Position numbers and translations under genes: made by a program. Shown piece after piece: positions 50,341-63,199 of a stretch of 64,000 nt of DNA (position 1 is its first letter; the number at the start of each line of letters is the position of its first letter). Where the stretch lies: positions 16,680,001 to 16,744,000 of the forward strand of contig CM059433.1 in NCBI GenBank assembly GCA_030390025.1, written 5' to 3'. The DNA comes from Squalus acanthias (taxonomy: Eukaryota). Under the pieces are notes generated by a model. It did not search any database, was not told the DNA's origin, and saw only the letters and a list, made by a program, of their open reading frames with translations.

Positions 50341-50837
50341 CTGCAGTCATCCTGGCTTAAAGAGCAGCAATTGTGTTCAAATGGAACATGGTCGCAAAAG
50401 GTCAAGTGTACCGTGATTTTTTTTGCACTAAATCTATTAGTTCATCTCAACAGCAGGCTCTTCCATGAACATAAGGAAGGCAAACATGATGTACGTAGTT
50501 GCAAAAATTAATTCTGGTGCAGTGTTCGCAGCAGAAGGGAGGGATTCAGAGCAATGCTCGTTCATCACTGTTTTGTTTACGCTGATTCAGAGGATAAGAA
50601 GCAGTGAGTACTGCGATGTCTGCAAGGTTATCTGTTTGGAATGCAAGGGCATTAGGCTGATGGGTTGAAATGATTAGAGGGGAGGACCATGATTTGGCTA
50701 GTGTGTGCGCGCACTTCAAATTGCCATCTATACCTCAAGGCTCTTTTTAAGCAATGACATTTTGAGTTTCTATCACGACTTCTCAAAAAAGAATGCAGGT
50801 TCAGTTATTTTCCCATTGTTTCTATTGATGTTAATGC

Positions 50838-51462
50838 CATCTCCGCCCTTGCCTCAGCTCATCCGCTGCTGAAACCCTCATCCATGCTTTTGTTACCTCT
50901 AGACTTGACTATTCCAATGCATTCCTGGCTGGCCTCCCACATTCCACCCTACGTAAACTTGAGGCCATCCAAAACTCGGCTGCCCGTGTCCTAACTCGCA
51001 CCAAGTCCCGTTCGTCCATCACCCCTGTGCTCGCTGACCTACATTGGCTCTCGGTTAAGCAGCGACTCGATTTCAAAATTCTCATCCTTATTTTCAAATC
51101 CCTCCATGGCCTCGCCCCTTCCTATTTCTGTAATCTCCTTCAGCCCCACAACCCCCCAAGATATCTGCGCTCCTCTAATTCTGCCCTCTTGAACATCCCT
51201 GATTATAATCACTCGACCATTGGTAGCTGTGCCTTCTGTTGCCTAGGCCCTAAGCTCTGGAATTCTTGCCCTAAACCTCTCCGCCTCGCTACCTCTCTTT
51301 CCTCCTTTAAGACGCTCCTTAAAACCTACCTCTTTGACCACCTGTCCTAATTTATCCTTATGTGGATCGGTGTCAAATTTTTGTCTTAAAATACCCCTGT
51401 GCAGCGCCTTGGGATGTTTCACTATGTTAAAGGCGCTATATAAATACAAGTTGTTGTTGTTG
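50838..51462 (+). mobile_element. L2 LINE 3' end
   Basis: LADLHWL.VKQRLDFKIL..IFKSLHGLAP; (gtt)n tail. Confidence 0.9.
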
Positions 51463-52183
51463 ATGTTAATCACAATTCTGGCCACCATGATACAACAAAT
51501 CAGTATTATTTGGTGTAAATTGATTCAAAATTCTTAACTCAAATTATGTCTCCTACATCTTCATCTAAACTGTGTTGAGTTAATAAAATAAAAGAGGTAA
51601 TCATAAATTTTCCAGGTGGGGAATTGGATTTTGGTAGAATTTCTAGCAGCCTCAATTCCCCCCCCACCCCCACCCCCACCCCCGCCAATGTTAAATTGTG
51701 TGGTGGAAACATTGTCCACAAACTGGCAAAACCTGGCACTTTATCCAATTATTAGAGCACAGATCCAATCAAAAAGGAGTCCATTGATCCATTCACCATT
51801 AACACAAACATTCCACCTGTGTGAAACGTAAATATATTAAGGGGAGGTTTAAAAACCACACAGTCATCAAGGAGAACAAAAATCATTTGTTGTGAGACAT
51901 AGGTCGGAATTTTCTTTACCTGGGCGGGTCGGGTGGGGGTGGTCGGCATGGCGGGTCGCAACCCTGTTGTTGCTTCCATCCCGCTGCAGAAATCGACTTT
52001 GCGATAATGGGGCCTATTAAGCCCGCCCAGCGCATTACCCGGCCCAATTAAATGATGTGGCTCTGATGATGCGTTTTCAGCTGGTATATTTAAAGGAGCC
52101 ATGGCCACATTGCATTTGAAGGTTCATCTAGGAGTGTGCAGGCAGCACACTGGAGGTTTTCATTGCTCCAAACAGTTGGAGAG

Positions 52184-54522
52184 ATGACTGCACTAAGACA
52201 GAGGGCTGCACCCAGGTTCTCTGATGTCTCCCTCCATATGCTTGTGGAGGGAGTGAGAGCATGCAGGAGGTCCTCTTCCCTTCCAATGGGTGGAAGAGAC
52301 CTCCCCAGGAGACAAAAAGAGCCTGGCTCCAAATTGCAGAGGAGGTCAACAGCAGGGATGTGGTCAGGAGGACCTGGGTGCAGTGCCGCAAACGTTTCAA
52401 TTATCTCATTAGATCAGGAAAGGTGAGTACAAAGCCACACTCAACTTCATCCTGCTGTGCCTCTCATCACATCCCCATCACTCTGCCTTCCCAACCCTGC
52501 TCCTACACATCCTTACCCACACCAACTTACCTTGCACCTCCACCCATCTCTCTCTCTCTATCTACATTATCACATCCCCATCTCACTAGCCACCCCTCAC
52601 ACTCAGCCTCATCCTAGTGCAATCATACCAACTAACAACACACAAGGAGCCCACTTGGCATTGCCACCCCACTCCATTATAGTCTCCTTCTAAAGATCTA
52701 ACCCATCCATTCCTTACACTCATTCCATCACTCTCACTCAACTTTCTCTTATTTCCCTCCTTGCAGGAAAAGAGACCCCATAATAAGAGGGAGAGAGAGA
52801 GAACTGGAGGTGGGCTTCCATCATTTGTGACCCTCACAACAGCAGAGGAGGCTGCATTGGAAGTCTCGGGAGTAGCCGAGCAGCTGGAGGTGGGAGACGG
52901 AGCGAGGGGGACATCTCAGCAACCTGGTGACAGAATTACATATCATACAGCTACATGGTGTAACTTATATGGGGACTGATGTCATCAGCCACTGAATGGT
53001 CATCATGTGCATAATGGTACGTGTACCCATTCTTCATGTGGCATATCTAGCTCTCCCACAGGTCCATTAAGAGCAACCCCCCCCCAACCCACTGTCCAGG
53101 AGGAAGAGCAAGATGACTCCTCAGAGGAGCCTCCAGCCTCTGAGAGCACATCGTCACCAGACATGAGCACACCCAGCACCAGCTCAGAAATGCACACCTC
53201 GGTGGGTCCAAAGCGAAATAGAGTAGTGTTGTCACCTGGTCCATCACAAGTCACAAGTGAGCAAGAGCAGATGGTGGAGACAGGGACAGTAGTGGAGACT
53301 CCTCGCCGGAGGGTGCAGGATGCTCCATATCTGCTCAGCTGCATGCAGACACTGAGCCTCAGGGACCATCTAGAAAGAGGGCAATCCTGGAGGTGCAGCA
53401 AGAAGTGCAGGAGGCTTTTACAGGTTTTGCGTGCGCGATGTCTGCAAATGTTCAGAGTATGAAGGAGTCCATCTCCAACATGAGCACCACCGTGTCGCAG
53501 GCGATGGCGACTGTAGGCTCTTCCATGGATAGGATGGCCACCTACATGGAGCAGCTAATGTGACACTCACAGGAGCACATGGTCTCTATGGAGAATAGAT
53601 GGCTATCTATGGAGCATAGATAGCAGAGGCTCATAGACCTCCTGTCTAGGAGGGCTGTCAGCATAGACGTGGGTCCTCATGGCCCCACTGACGTGCAGCA
53701 AGGTAATCTCCAGCTTCTTGCTAGCAGGGAAGTGTGGGTGGCCCATGAGAGGGACAATGGTGAACACAGTGGCATAGTGGTTAGCACTGGTGCCTCACAG
53801 CGCCAGGGACCCGGGTTCGATTCTGGCCTCGGGTGACTGTCTGTGTGGAGTTTGCACATTCTCCCCGTGTCTGCGTGGGTTTCCTCCGGGTGCTCCGGTT
53901 TCCTCCCACAGTCCAAAAATGTGCGGGTTAGGTTGATTTGGCTATGATAAATTGACCCTTAGTGTTAGGGGGGGATTAAATATGTGGGGTTACGGGGATA
54001 GGATAGGAAGGGATATGTTAGGGGGAATTAAATACGTGGGGTTACGGGGATAGGGTGGGATATGTGTCGGTGCAGGCTCGATGGGGATTCTGTGTGAGAA
54101 AGCAGGGACAGGGTACTGGATTTGGATGATCAGCCATGATCGTATTGAATGGTGGAGCAGGCTCGACGGGCCGAATGGCCTACTCCTGCTCCTAGTTTCT
54201 ATGTTTCTCTATGTTTCTATGGTGAGAGGGGAGAGGGAAGTGTGGGCTCCTCTCAAAGCGCTTACACTTCTCCCCCATTGCCACCCCCTCAGTCAGAGCC
54301 CCAGATGGCTCATTGGATCGCGATGGCCGAGTCTGCCCCACACAGTCGCAGGAGGAGCAGACTTTGGCGGAGCCATCACAGGCTCCAAAATCCAGAGGAC
54401 GTCTGCCAAGACTGTCTAAGCAGTCGCAGCAGAGAAGTGAGCAGGCTGCCTCTACCTCTGCTGAACCCAAAGGGGTAGCACCTCGTAGAAGCACACGGAA
54501 AAGAAAAATGACATACAAGTAG
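52184..54522 (+). pseudogene. Harbinger Myb/SANT-like gene (exons ~52184-52422, 52767-52926, 53062-54522), frameshifted and SINE-interrupted
   Basis: MTALRQRAAPRFSD / AWLQIAEEVNSRDVVRRTWVQCRKRFNYL; GT-AG introns; basic C-terminus RRSTRKRK. Confidence 0.85.
53764..54218 (+). mobile_element. HE1-type V-SINE with 7-bp TSD ATGGTGA
   Basis: tRNA A/B boxes, V-domain, CR1 tail; empty site visible at ~33942. Confidence 0.92.
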
Positions 54523-54820
54523 ATTCACAAGGGTAGCCACTTGAGTGTTTTAGTCAATGTTAATGGCAAGTTTCCATTAATGTATTGTCAACCATTAAAA
54601 TCTTTATTTTCACCACTTTCCTGTCTTGGACACATTTGTGTGCACCTTTGGAAGTGGCTTAGTGAGTTGCAATTACTGGTGAGACATAACAAAATCTCCA
54701 GCCATGGTGGTCAGTGTGAAAGGAATGACTTGGTTATTGTAGGGATCCTTTATGGTGTTGCTGTGGGGTGGTGCCAACCTGATGCAGCATGTGGCAGCCA
54801 TATGGGTTTACAGCATAAAG

Positions 54821-55026
54821 TTAAGTAAATCTGGCCATGATGAGGCCGTCCCTGGCCTCCCAGGCAGCAATGTGCTCAGATGTTGATGCCCTCTCTCCTG
54901 TGCAGCATCAGGTGGTTGCGGAGAAGTTTGGTGGTGTTGTTGTTGGCGCTGCTGGTGCTGCTGGTGTTGGGGCTCATTGTGGTCAGATTCTGAGGACCTA
55001 GGTGAGATAGTATAAACGGCACCCAT
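54821..55026 (-). pseudogene. Fused N- and C-terminal remnant of the Harbinger transposase
   Basis: MGAVYT... N-terminus joined at ~54882 to the C-terminal coding end seen at 34535-34599. Confidence 0.8.
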
Positions 55027-55659
55027 GCTGATGGAATAGATGGCAGGTCAAGTAGAGTTGACAGAAGCAATCTGTCAAGGGTGAGAGAGGTTCTTCAAAT
55101 GAGGTGACACTGGATGGAGACTTTGCTGGATACACTTGCAGCCTGCAGAAAGTTAAATGTGTGCTGGCAATGTAGTCAGCAACAGCTTCTGCCTGAGGAA
55201 AGTGATCAGCTGTGAGTTCAGAGCTTTTACTGTATATTTGATGCTGTCATGTAATCAGCTGGATCAATGGCCACTGAACTCCCGCCTCAGGTTGACAGAC
55301 GTGGTTCCCGAGCTGCGTGAATCCCGTGATCATGCAGGGAAATTTGAAAGGTAGGGGGGAAAAGGCTCTTAAGTATCTGACAAGAAGCTGATAATGATTT
55401 CAATTAGGTCGCCCGCCTCTGCCGGTGGGGTCGCTGCCGCACTGGCAAACGCACCTGAGGGAAAGGTGCGTGGGGGCGGGATGACGGGAGGGTTCCCGAC
55501 CCACTCCAACTTCTTTCAAATTTCCCACCCGACCCGCCTCCGATCGTGCCCGCACGGACCCTAGAAAACTTTGGCCATAGTGTTGCCTTTGCAATACAAT
55601 GTATTGTAGTTTTTATCCATTACTGGTATTCAAAGAGATAAATCAATGGCTCTGTCATA

Positions 55660-56510
55660 CACAGTTGAGCAAGGCCATTGTCATGGGTAAAAAGGGCTCA
55701 GAGAATGAATCACTACTGTTTCTAATTTACATAAATGACCTGGACTCAAAAGCTCGATAATAAGTCACCAAATTTGCTGATGATACCAAACTGGGAGGGA
55801 CAGTGAAATCAGAGAAAGCAGCTCAGAGACAAGTGCAAATTATTTCACATAGGAAGGGAAAATGAGCAACACATGTAGTCAATGGATGGTGTTGAAATAA
55901 TTGAGGATGAAGTGGAAAGAGACCTAGAAGTCTTAGTAGTCTCGCTGCTAAAGATATCCAACTAATGAATGGCAGAAATCAACAAAACCGACAGAATCTT
56001 AAGCTACATAGCAACAGCAGTCGAATATAAGTGATAAAACATTACAGTGCTCTGGCCAGACCACACCTTGAGTCCTGCATCCATTTCGGGTCGTTGAGAC
56101 ACAAGAGAAACAGTCAACACTGGAGGCAGTGCATGAGGCTGATCCTATTGTCAGGGGTCTGAGTAATCAACAAAGATGGGAAAGGAGGCATCTGAGATGT
56201 GATTTTATAGAGGTAAATACAATAGTAAATGATATGGGAAAGATGAATCTGGAATATTAATTAACTCATGAGAATAGGACAAGGGGACACAGATTCAAAT
56301 TTGTATCTGGTAACATTAGGACTAATATCAAGAAGTTCTTCTTCATGCAGAGAGTGACCAACACTGGACTTCTGGCAGAGGTTTAGAGGTAAAAACACTA
56401 GATGCATTTAAGAAAAAATTAGGTGCTGCAATGGTAGGGACTACAAGGTGCTTCTGTATTGATGAACTAATATGGGTGGAATGATCTTCTCCATCCAAAA
56501 TTATCCTGTG
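55660..56510 (+). mobile_element. Old CR1 RT and 3' fragment
   Basis: aaatttgctgatgataccaaactggg (KFADDTKLG) and RPHLE remnants, with many stops. Confidence 0.8.
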
Positions 56511-57324
56511 ATTTAGAGATTTGGAGGAACAAGAGAGAGATTTTTAAAAAAATCACAGGAGCATTGACGACAGTATCACTAAAATAGAGAGAGAGAGAGA
56601 GAGAAGAAAGACTGTGACAGAGACACAACTTGAAGGCTAGAGGTGAGAGAAGGATTAGCTATCAAATGACAGGCGCTTAGCCCCCATTTCTATTGTCCAT
56701 ATGATTAAATGTCTAATTTTTGTACCATTGCCCCAGGACTATATTACTGATGTAACACTATCACGCTCCAGATCAGACATGAGCACTAATCGCCGATATA
56801 CATTCCACACATACTGAAAACAGACAAAGCATCATGGAAGTTGTCATCTTTCTTTTATTTTGTTGCCTGGAGACAACATATATATATATATTTATATATT
56901 TATATATTTTTGAAGAGTAATTTTCTAATTAAAAATGCAACAGCTCAGGAAATGAGTGTTTGCAGCATATGAATTTCTGCATCTAAATGGTTCAACATTG
57001 CGTTACCATCTGGTGTATGGAGAAGTGAGGAAGAATTTATAAAGATGAAGAATTACAGCCCTCTGCACATTTAGACCCTTTAGTTCCGGCTCAATGTCAT
57101 TTTAACAATGACTGAGAAGAAATTTCTGGAAATACCCTGTTCCAAACTGAGGAACGAGTTTGTTAATAATAAGAGGATTTCCACCGCCATCATTCTCTTA
57201 CTGTGCCAGTGATATATTGGTCAATGAGATCAGTATTATTCTGCTTTCCAGAAGGAGCCCGGAACCCTACTATTGTCTCTCTGCCGAGGTGTGATAAAAG
57301 GCAGTCAGAAAGATTAACTGTAGT

Positions 57325-57526
57325 CGTCTGACAGTGTTCTCTGCACAGGCATTGTTCTCTGACTATATATGCTTTGCCGATTTGTATTTCTTCACTTCAC
57401 CTGACGAAGGAGCAGCAGCTCCGAAAGCTTGTGATTTCAAATAAAGCTGTTGGACTATAACCTGGTGTTGTGCGACTTCTCACTTTTGTCTACCCCAGTC
57501 CAACACCGGCATCTCCGCATCATGGC
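57325..57526 (+). mobile_element. Penelope-type terminal repeat (second family), solo copy
   Basis: Matches 43700-43830. Confidence 0.8.
57397..57434 (+). ncRNA. Minimal type-I hammerhead ribozyme motif
   Basis: UCAC-CUGACGA-A-GGAGC-AGCA-GCUCC-GAAA-GCUU-GUGA. Confidence 0.85.
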
Positions 57527-58979
57527 CTACTATTCAAGACTGTTTCATACTAAGACCCAGTAGATAGTGGGAAGGACCCCATAGATCGGTACTAGTCTAC
57601 TGTATAAGTGCATCATTGGCAATGTTCCTAAGCAGTAAAAGTCTTGATGAATACATACTACTTTTCTGAGAAATATTGTGCTCATCAGAGTTATGCTTGG
57701 ATCAGAATTCCTTTACCTGCAGGTTAAAAATGAACCAATTTATACACGAACCATTAGTCATTCATTCAGCAATTCAATGTAAACACAGGTAACAGAGAGC
57801 ACATATTTTACACAACACCTTTATGAAATGCGTTCTGGATTGAATTTAACAGTGGACCGATCATGCTTTATGCGCCAAGCACCAAATTGGGGTACATTTT
57901 ATGGATGAGCTGGAGAGGAAAATTATGTCCTAGTGAAATTTAAGGGACGGAGACGATTACAGAAAAGTGTGATAAGGAGGGGAGACAGCAATTTAGAAAA
58001 CTTCTGGAGAGTTTTAAAAGGCACCTTAACCCATCAGAAACCTTTGCCAAATGCTGAAGGAGCACGGGACTGAGAAGTGACAAGTTAACACGAAGGAACT
58101 GGGGCCTAAAACCAGCGGGAATCCGGCGGAACTGAATGCCGCCAGATTTCCCAACCACTACCGCCCTGCTAGCACTCCAAATTAGGACACTAAGAACATG
58201 AAAATCGGCCCCTCTATCTACCTATATCTTTATGGTGTAAATCCTTATTAAAAATGTACAGTACATAAGCTGGTGAGGAAATATGTTTTCCTAAATTCCT
58301 TCAAAACTTTTTTTCTGTTGTCTAAAGGTGATTTCCTCTGATTCTTAAAATTCTGATATGTCAACAATGAAAGAAAAGAGGGGAAAAATTGTTAAGAGCT
58401 TAATAATCACTTGGTAATATCAGGAAAGGACTTGACTGAGATGAGGAGAAATTTCTTCACTCAAGGGCTGTGAATCTTTGGAATTCTCTACCCTAGAGGG
58501 CTGTGTTTCTTTGCATAGAAACAGTTGATTCTTTAGAAACAGTTCAAAGAGGACAATGTTGTTATCTAGTCAACTAACCTTAATTTTCAAACAGAGGTGT
58601 AGTTATCCAAGGGTATATTTTCCTCTGTGTATAAAGCTAAGGACAAATTAATTTAATAAACTATCATTATAAACCAATGACAGTTTAGTTCAACAATCTT
58701 TCAATAATTGAACGTACACAGGAAAATTTAGCCCCAAGTCTCTGGGCCATGCTATCTGAAGCAGGGCAGTTACTTTTGGAGGGTGTCGCCTGGTGTCATT
58801 CCCCCCACCACCGCAGTCTCACAGTCAGACATACACCACACGTTCAAACATCACTCAGCTCCAAAAGCTGCAGCTAGACATGAAGTAAATGATATGCTTT
58901 TGTATTTTCTTTGCAAGGCAATCTTACACTCTTCACATAGGAAGGGATATACATTGCAAAGTTCTGCGTGAAGCCGCAT

Positions 58980-59298
58980 ACTATTCACTAGACTGATTCC
59001 TGGGAGGAGGGGATTGTCCTCTGAGGAGAGATTGAGAAGACTAGGCCTATACTCCCTAGAGTTCAGAAGAATGAGAGGTGATCTCATTGAAACATATACA
59101 ATGCTGAAAGGGCTTGACAGGGTAGATGCAGGGAGGCTGTTTCCCCGGCTGATCTAGAACCAGGGGTCATAGTCTCAGAATAAGGGGTCGGCCATTTAGG
59201 ACTGAGATGAGGAGAAATTTCTTCACTCAAAGGGCTTCGCATCTTTGAAATTCTCTACCCCAGAGAGCTGTGGAAGCTCAGTCGTTGAGTAGATTCAG
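58980..59298 (+). mobile_element. CR1 3' fragment
   Basis: Similar to 21880-22190. Confidence 0.85.
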
Positions 59299-59654
59299 GC
59301 CAAACACGCCATTACAGCAAATTCAGGCCTACTGTTTCAAAGGGCAACTGACCCCGACAGACTTCCTTATTGTCTATATGGTTATAAATGCTTGTAATTG
59401 GACTTTTATTATTCACTAATTCTTTTGTGCTTCATTTCACTATTTAATAAGGAGCAACCATATTTGCTGCTTTAGTCTATCAACCAGTGGTCCGTATGCA
59501 ATATCCACCATTTTGAAGAGCATTTGGCACTTTGGCACAAGTCACCGTTAAATCCAGTAAGTAGATTACTGCAGGTGCAGTAATTGTTGATTGTCTTCTT
59601 ATGCCCCTTATGCAAGGACAGAGTAGAGAAGACGTATAGCTTCCCACCACTTAC

Positions 59655-59932
59655 ATTCTGGCCTCTTGAGCATCCCCGGTTTTCCTCGCTCCACCATTGG
59701 CGCCAGGCCCTAAGCTCTGGAATTACCTCCCTAAACCTCTCCGCCTCTCTAACTCGCTCTGCTCCTTTAAGTCACTCTGTAAATCCTACCTCTTTGATCA
59801 AGCTTTTGGTCACCTGTCCTAATATCTCTTTATGTGGCTCAGTGTCAAATTTTGTTTGATAACACTCCTGTGAAGCGCCATTGGACCATTTTACTATGTT
59901 AAAGACGCTATATAAATGCAAGTTGTTGTTGG
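59655..59932 (+). mobile_element. L2 3' tail
   Basis: ctaagctctggaatt...ataaatgcaagttgttgttg. Confidence 0.8.
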
Positions 59933-59984
59933 ATGAGTGACAAATGTGTGGTAACATTACCCCACCTGAGACAACTCAAGCAAA

Positions 59985-60563
59985 TCATGCTAGAAATTTA
60001 TAAATCACTGGTTAGGCCTCAGCTGGGGTATTGTGGACAATTCTGGGCACCACACTTCAGGAAAGATGTAAAGGCCTTAGAAAGGGTGCACAGGATGTTA
60101 CCAGGGAAGAGGGACTTCAGTTATGAGGAGAGGTTGGAAAAGTTAGGACTGTTCTCCTTGGAACAGAGAAGGCTAAGAGGTGACCCAATAGAGGTTTTCA
60201 AGTTGATGAGAGGTTTTGATAGAGTAGATAGAGGAAAACTATTCCCTCTGGCAAGTGGGTCAATAACTAGAGGTAATAGATTCAAAATCATTGGCAAAAG
60301 ATCTAGAGGGGAGATGAGGAGAATTTTGTTCATTCAGAGAGTTGTTGGGATCTGGAACGCTCTAACTGAAAAGGTGATGGAAGCTGATCCCATAAATAAT
60401 TTTAAAAGGGAGTTGGACAGGTACTTGAGGATGAGGAACTTACAGGGTTACGGACAAAAAGCAGGGATGTGGGACTAAGCACGACTGCTCTTTCAAAGAG
60501 CCAGCACAGGCACGATGGGCCGAATGACCTCCTTCTGTGCTGTAAATTTCTATGATTCTATGA
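59985..60563 (+). mobile_element. CR1 3' end
   Basis: YKSLVRPQL.YC.QFWAPH...RRLRGD; (attctatg) tail. Confidence 0.9.
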
Positions 60564-61621
60564 AATCATTTCAGAATTTCCTGTATATTGAGGGAAGTAT
60601 GTTAGATATGAAGACCGTATTCAGTTTCTCAATTCAGCACGAATGTTTAATTTTTTATTACCATGATGCAGATTCAGGGAACATTAGTACAAAGTTTGAA
60701 AATACCAGCATGTTGCTTTATGTCTTTGAGCCATGTGGCATCTGATGGCAGGTGACTAAGACATCATTTATTTTGTCAGAGCTGCAGCTGAAGGTGTGTT
60801 CTGTAATTTCCAGAACAAGCTGTGAATGGATTTTTTTTATCACTGCGACACTCTATTAAATAGGATTGTTTCCTAAACAATATTTAAACCGCACTCTGAG
60901 GCCATCAAAACAGCATAAACAAACCGCACTTCACTGCAAAATGAATGCACTGCATACCCAGTTTTTCTTTTCCCCCTTTTAAACAAGTGGTGCTCCACCG
61001 CTGATGTTACATAAGCCGTAGGATTACATATGTGTACAGGGTGGTCTATTTGATGGAAAGTGCGTTTTCCTATCAATAGTGTTTATTTTAATAAGGTTAC
61101 TCTGTCTTCTTTATGTCAAAGTGGCACTAAGGCAGTCCCGGATTCAGGAAGCCGTTGGTAATATAAGGATTCCACTGTTTTTACACTTAGACAGCTGTCA
61201 GATGGGAGATCAGTTTATAATTAAGAAAAAGGTCAAATTATTTCTACCAATTTAGTAATTTACTAATTTCTTATGTAATTGCCCACATGCCTTTGCTTTA
61301 CACCTCATAGTTCCATGGTAATTTCTAATGTATCGCCTTCTTATGTATCATATTTAGGTAGAGCTGTACAATATTTTACGGATTGCACTTTTTTCTGCAG
61401 ACTACTGAAGCATCGCTAAATTGGAGGGATTGAATTTTCACGTTAAGTCTAAGTGAAACATTTTTATGTAAATTAGCCCTTCCTGACCTCACAGAGTTCC
61501 ACGTGATTCCATGGAAAAGACATGCAGTCCCACGTATATGACATCAAAAGAACATTTTATGGTATTTAGAAATTTACTAGTAACTTCTGCTTTGCTGGAT
61601 TGTTTTGTTCTTAATGACTAT

Positions 61622-62384
61622 GGCTCAGAAATTAAACATCGATGGTTCCCGCGGGGGTAAGGATTCCCCGCGATATCGCACTCCGCGTCTACCTTTTTGT
61701 TTGGGGTCCACACGAACTTTAGTTTCAGAGCCTCTCCCTGTTGCAACCGTGCAGTGCTTGCGTGTCCCAGAGGCGCAATTAGTTCGTGCGAGCTCTGGGA
61801 TCACGTGATTCAGTTAGAGCCAATGGCAGCACACCATCTTTCATTCATAGTTTTGACAGCAAGGGCTGTCAAAGCTATGAATACTACAAGCCCCCAAAAG
61901 AACAGCTAAACCTCAATTAAATTTAAAAAAAGCCATCACATTAATAAAATAAGTATAGTTAAATAAATTAACCACTTTAAACAAAAAATTAAATTTTTGA
62001 AAAAATTTAAAATCTTTTTAAAAGTTATAAAAATAAACTTACCTTTCTTTAAAGTCTCTAAAAAAGATAAACCTGTTGAAAAAAATTTAAAATAACACTT
62101 AAGTAACTACTTACCTTGTTAAAAGGGGGTCCTACGCCTGCTTTCTTTATGTGTAAAATCTTCACCACTTACCTGCGCGTTCAAACCTGAAAAAAAAACT
62201 AAGTGCACTGCGTGCGCACAACCTGTAGCACGCACGCGGTTCACTTAGGAACCGCCCCCTTTGCAATACACGAAGTGCCGGTTTCCCGCGCATGCACAGT
62301 GCATGCAGGAAACCGGCAATTCGGGACCTAATACGCGAGAGTACACAGTGCGTACTCTCGCGTATTAGGTTTAATTTTCGGGCC
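61622..62384. mobile_element. MITE, reverse-orientation relative of 11196-11962
   Basis: TIRs ggctcagaaattaaac / gtttaattttcgggcc; same AT core and palindromes. Confidence 0.88.
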
Positions 62385-62599
62385 ATTGTATATTGAGGTT
62401 CCAATCAGCAGAAGGCAGGTGCATCCCTCACAGGGAGGGAGGAAAGGGAATACATAAATAAACCAGAGGGCAAGTCAACTCGGCCAGAAGGCCAGTTACA
62501 GAGCAGCACTCGGAAAGGCCTGAGATGCTGCTGTCTACCTATGCTCTCAGCCTGGAGTATGGTGCATGGAACCCGACAGGCTGAGGGGGCTTAAAGGAA

Positions 62600-62980
62600 G
62601 AAATTAACTTTCATTTATATAGCACCTTTCAGGACCCCAGGAGGTCCCAAAGTGCTTTGCAACCAATGAAGTACGTTTTGAAGTGTAATCACTTATTGTA
62701 ATGTAGGAAATGCGGCAGCCAACTTTGCGCACAGCAAGCGCCCACAAACTGCAATCAAATAAATGGCCAGATCATCTGTTTTTTTAGATGTTGGTAGAAG
62801 GATAAATATTAGCCAGTTCATCGGATAAACTCCCCTGCTCGTCGTTGAATAGTGCTGTGGGATCTTTTACATCTACTTGAGAGGGCAGACGGGGCCTCGG
62901 TTTAATGTTTCATCCGAAAGACAACACATCTAACAGTGCAGCACTCCCTCAGTACTGGACTGGAGTGTCAGCCTAGATTT
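62600..62980 (-). mobile_element. Deu-domain SINE
   Basis: gtgcagcactccctcagtactg, gggatcttttacatc: reverse of 12325-12750. Confidence 0.8.
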
Positions 62981-63199
62981 ACAGAAGAGAATGAAAGTTA
63001 AATAAAAAAAATGAAAAGTCAGTATAAAAAGTATAAAAACCTTGTAAGAGCCTGTAGTGCTTAATTAATAATTAATGAAAAACATTTTGCTTCTTTATAC
63101 ATCAACCCACTTCTTTCTCACATTGTTACGATTTTCTGTGAGGAGGGAGGGGTATTATGGGCTATAAACACTTTGCATCATAAATACTACTTCAGAGGA

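Larger units (their letters stand above)
51901..55576. mobile_element. Non-autonomous Harbinger derivative (Myb gene retained, transposase core deleted)
   Basis: Collinear with 31060-36250; ends aggtcggaatttc / gaaaactttggcc with AT flanks. Confidence 0.9.

Noticed and set aside
53764..53835. tRNA gene
   Set aside because: It is the tRNA-derived head of a V-SINE and continues into SINE body and tail; the same applies to heads at 8740, 12330 and 40080.
56580..56910. (GA)n and (TA)n microsatellites
   Set aside because: Common simple repeats.
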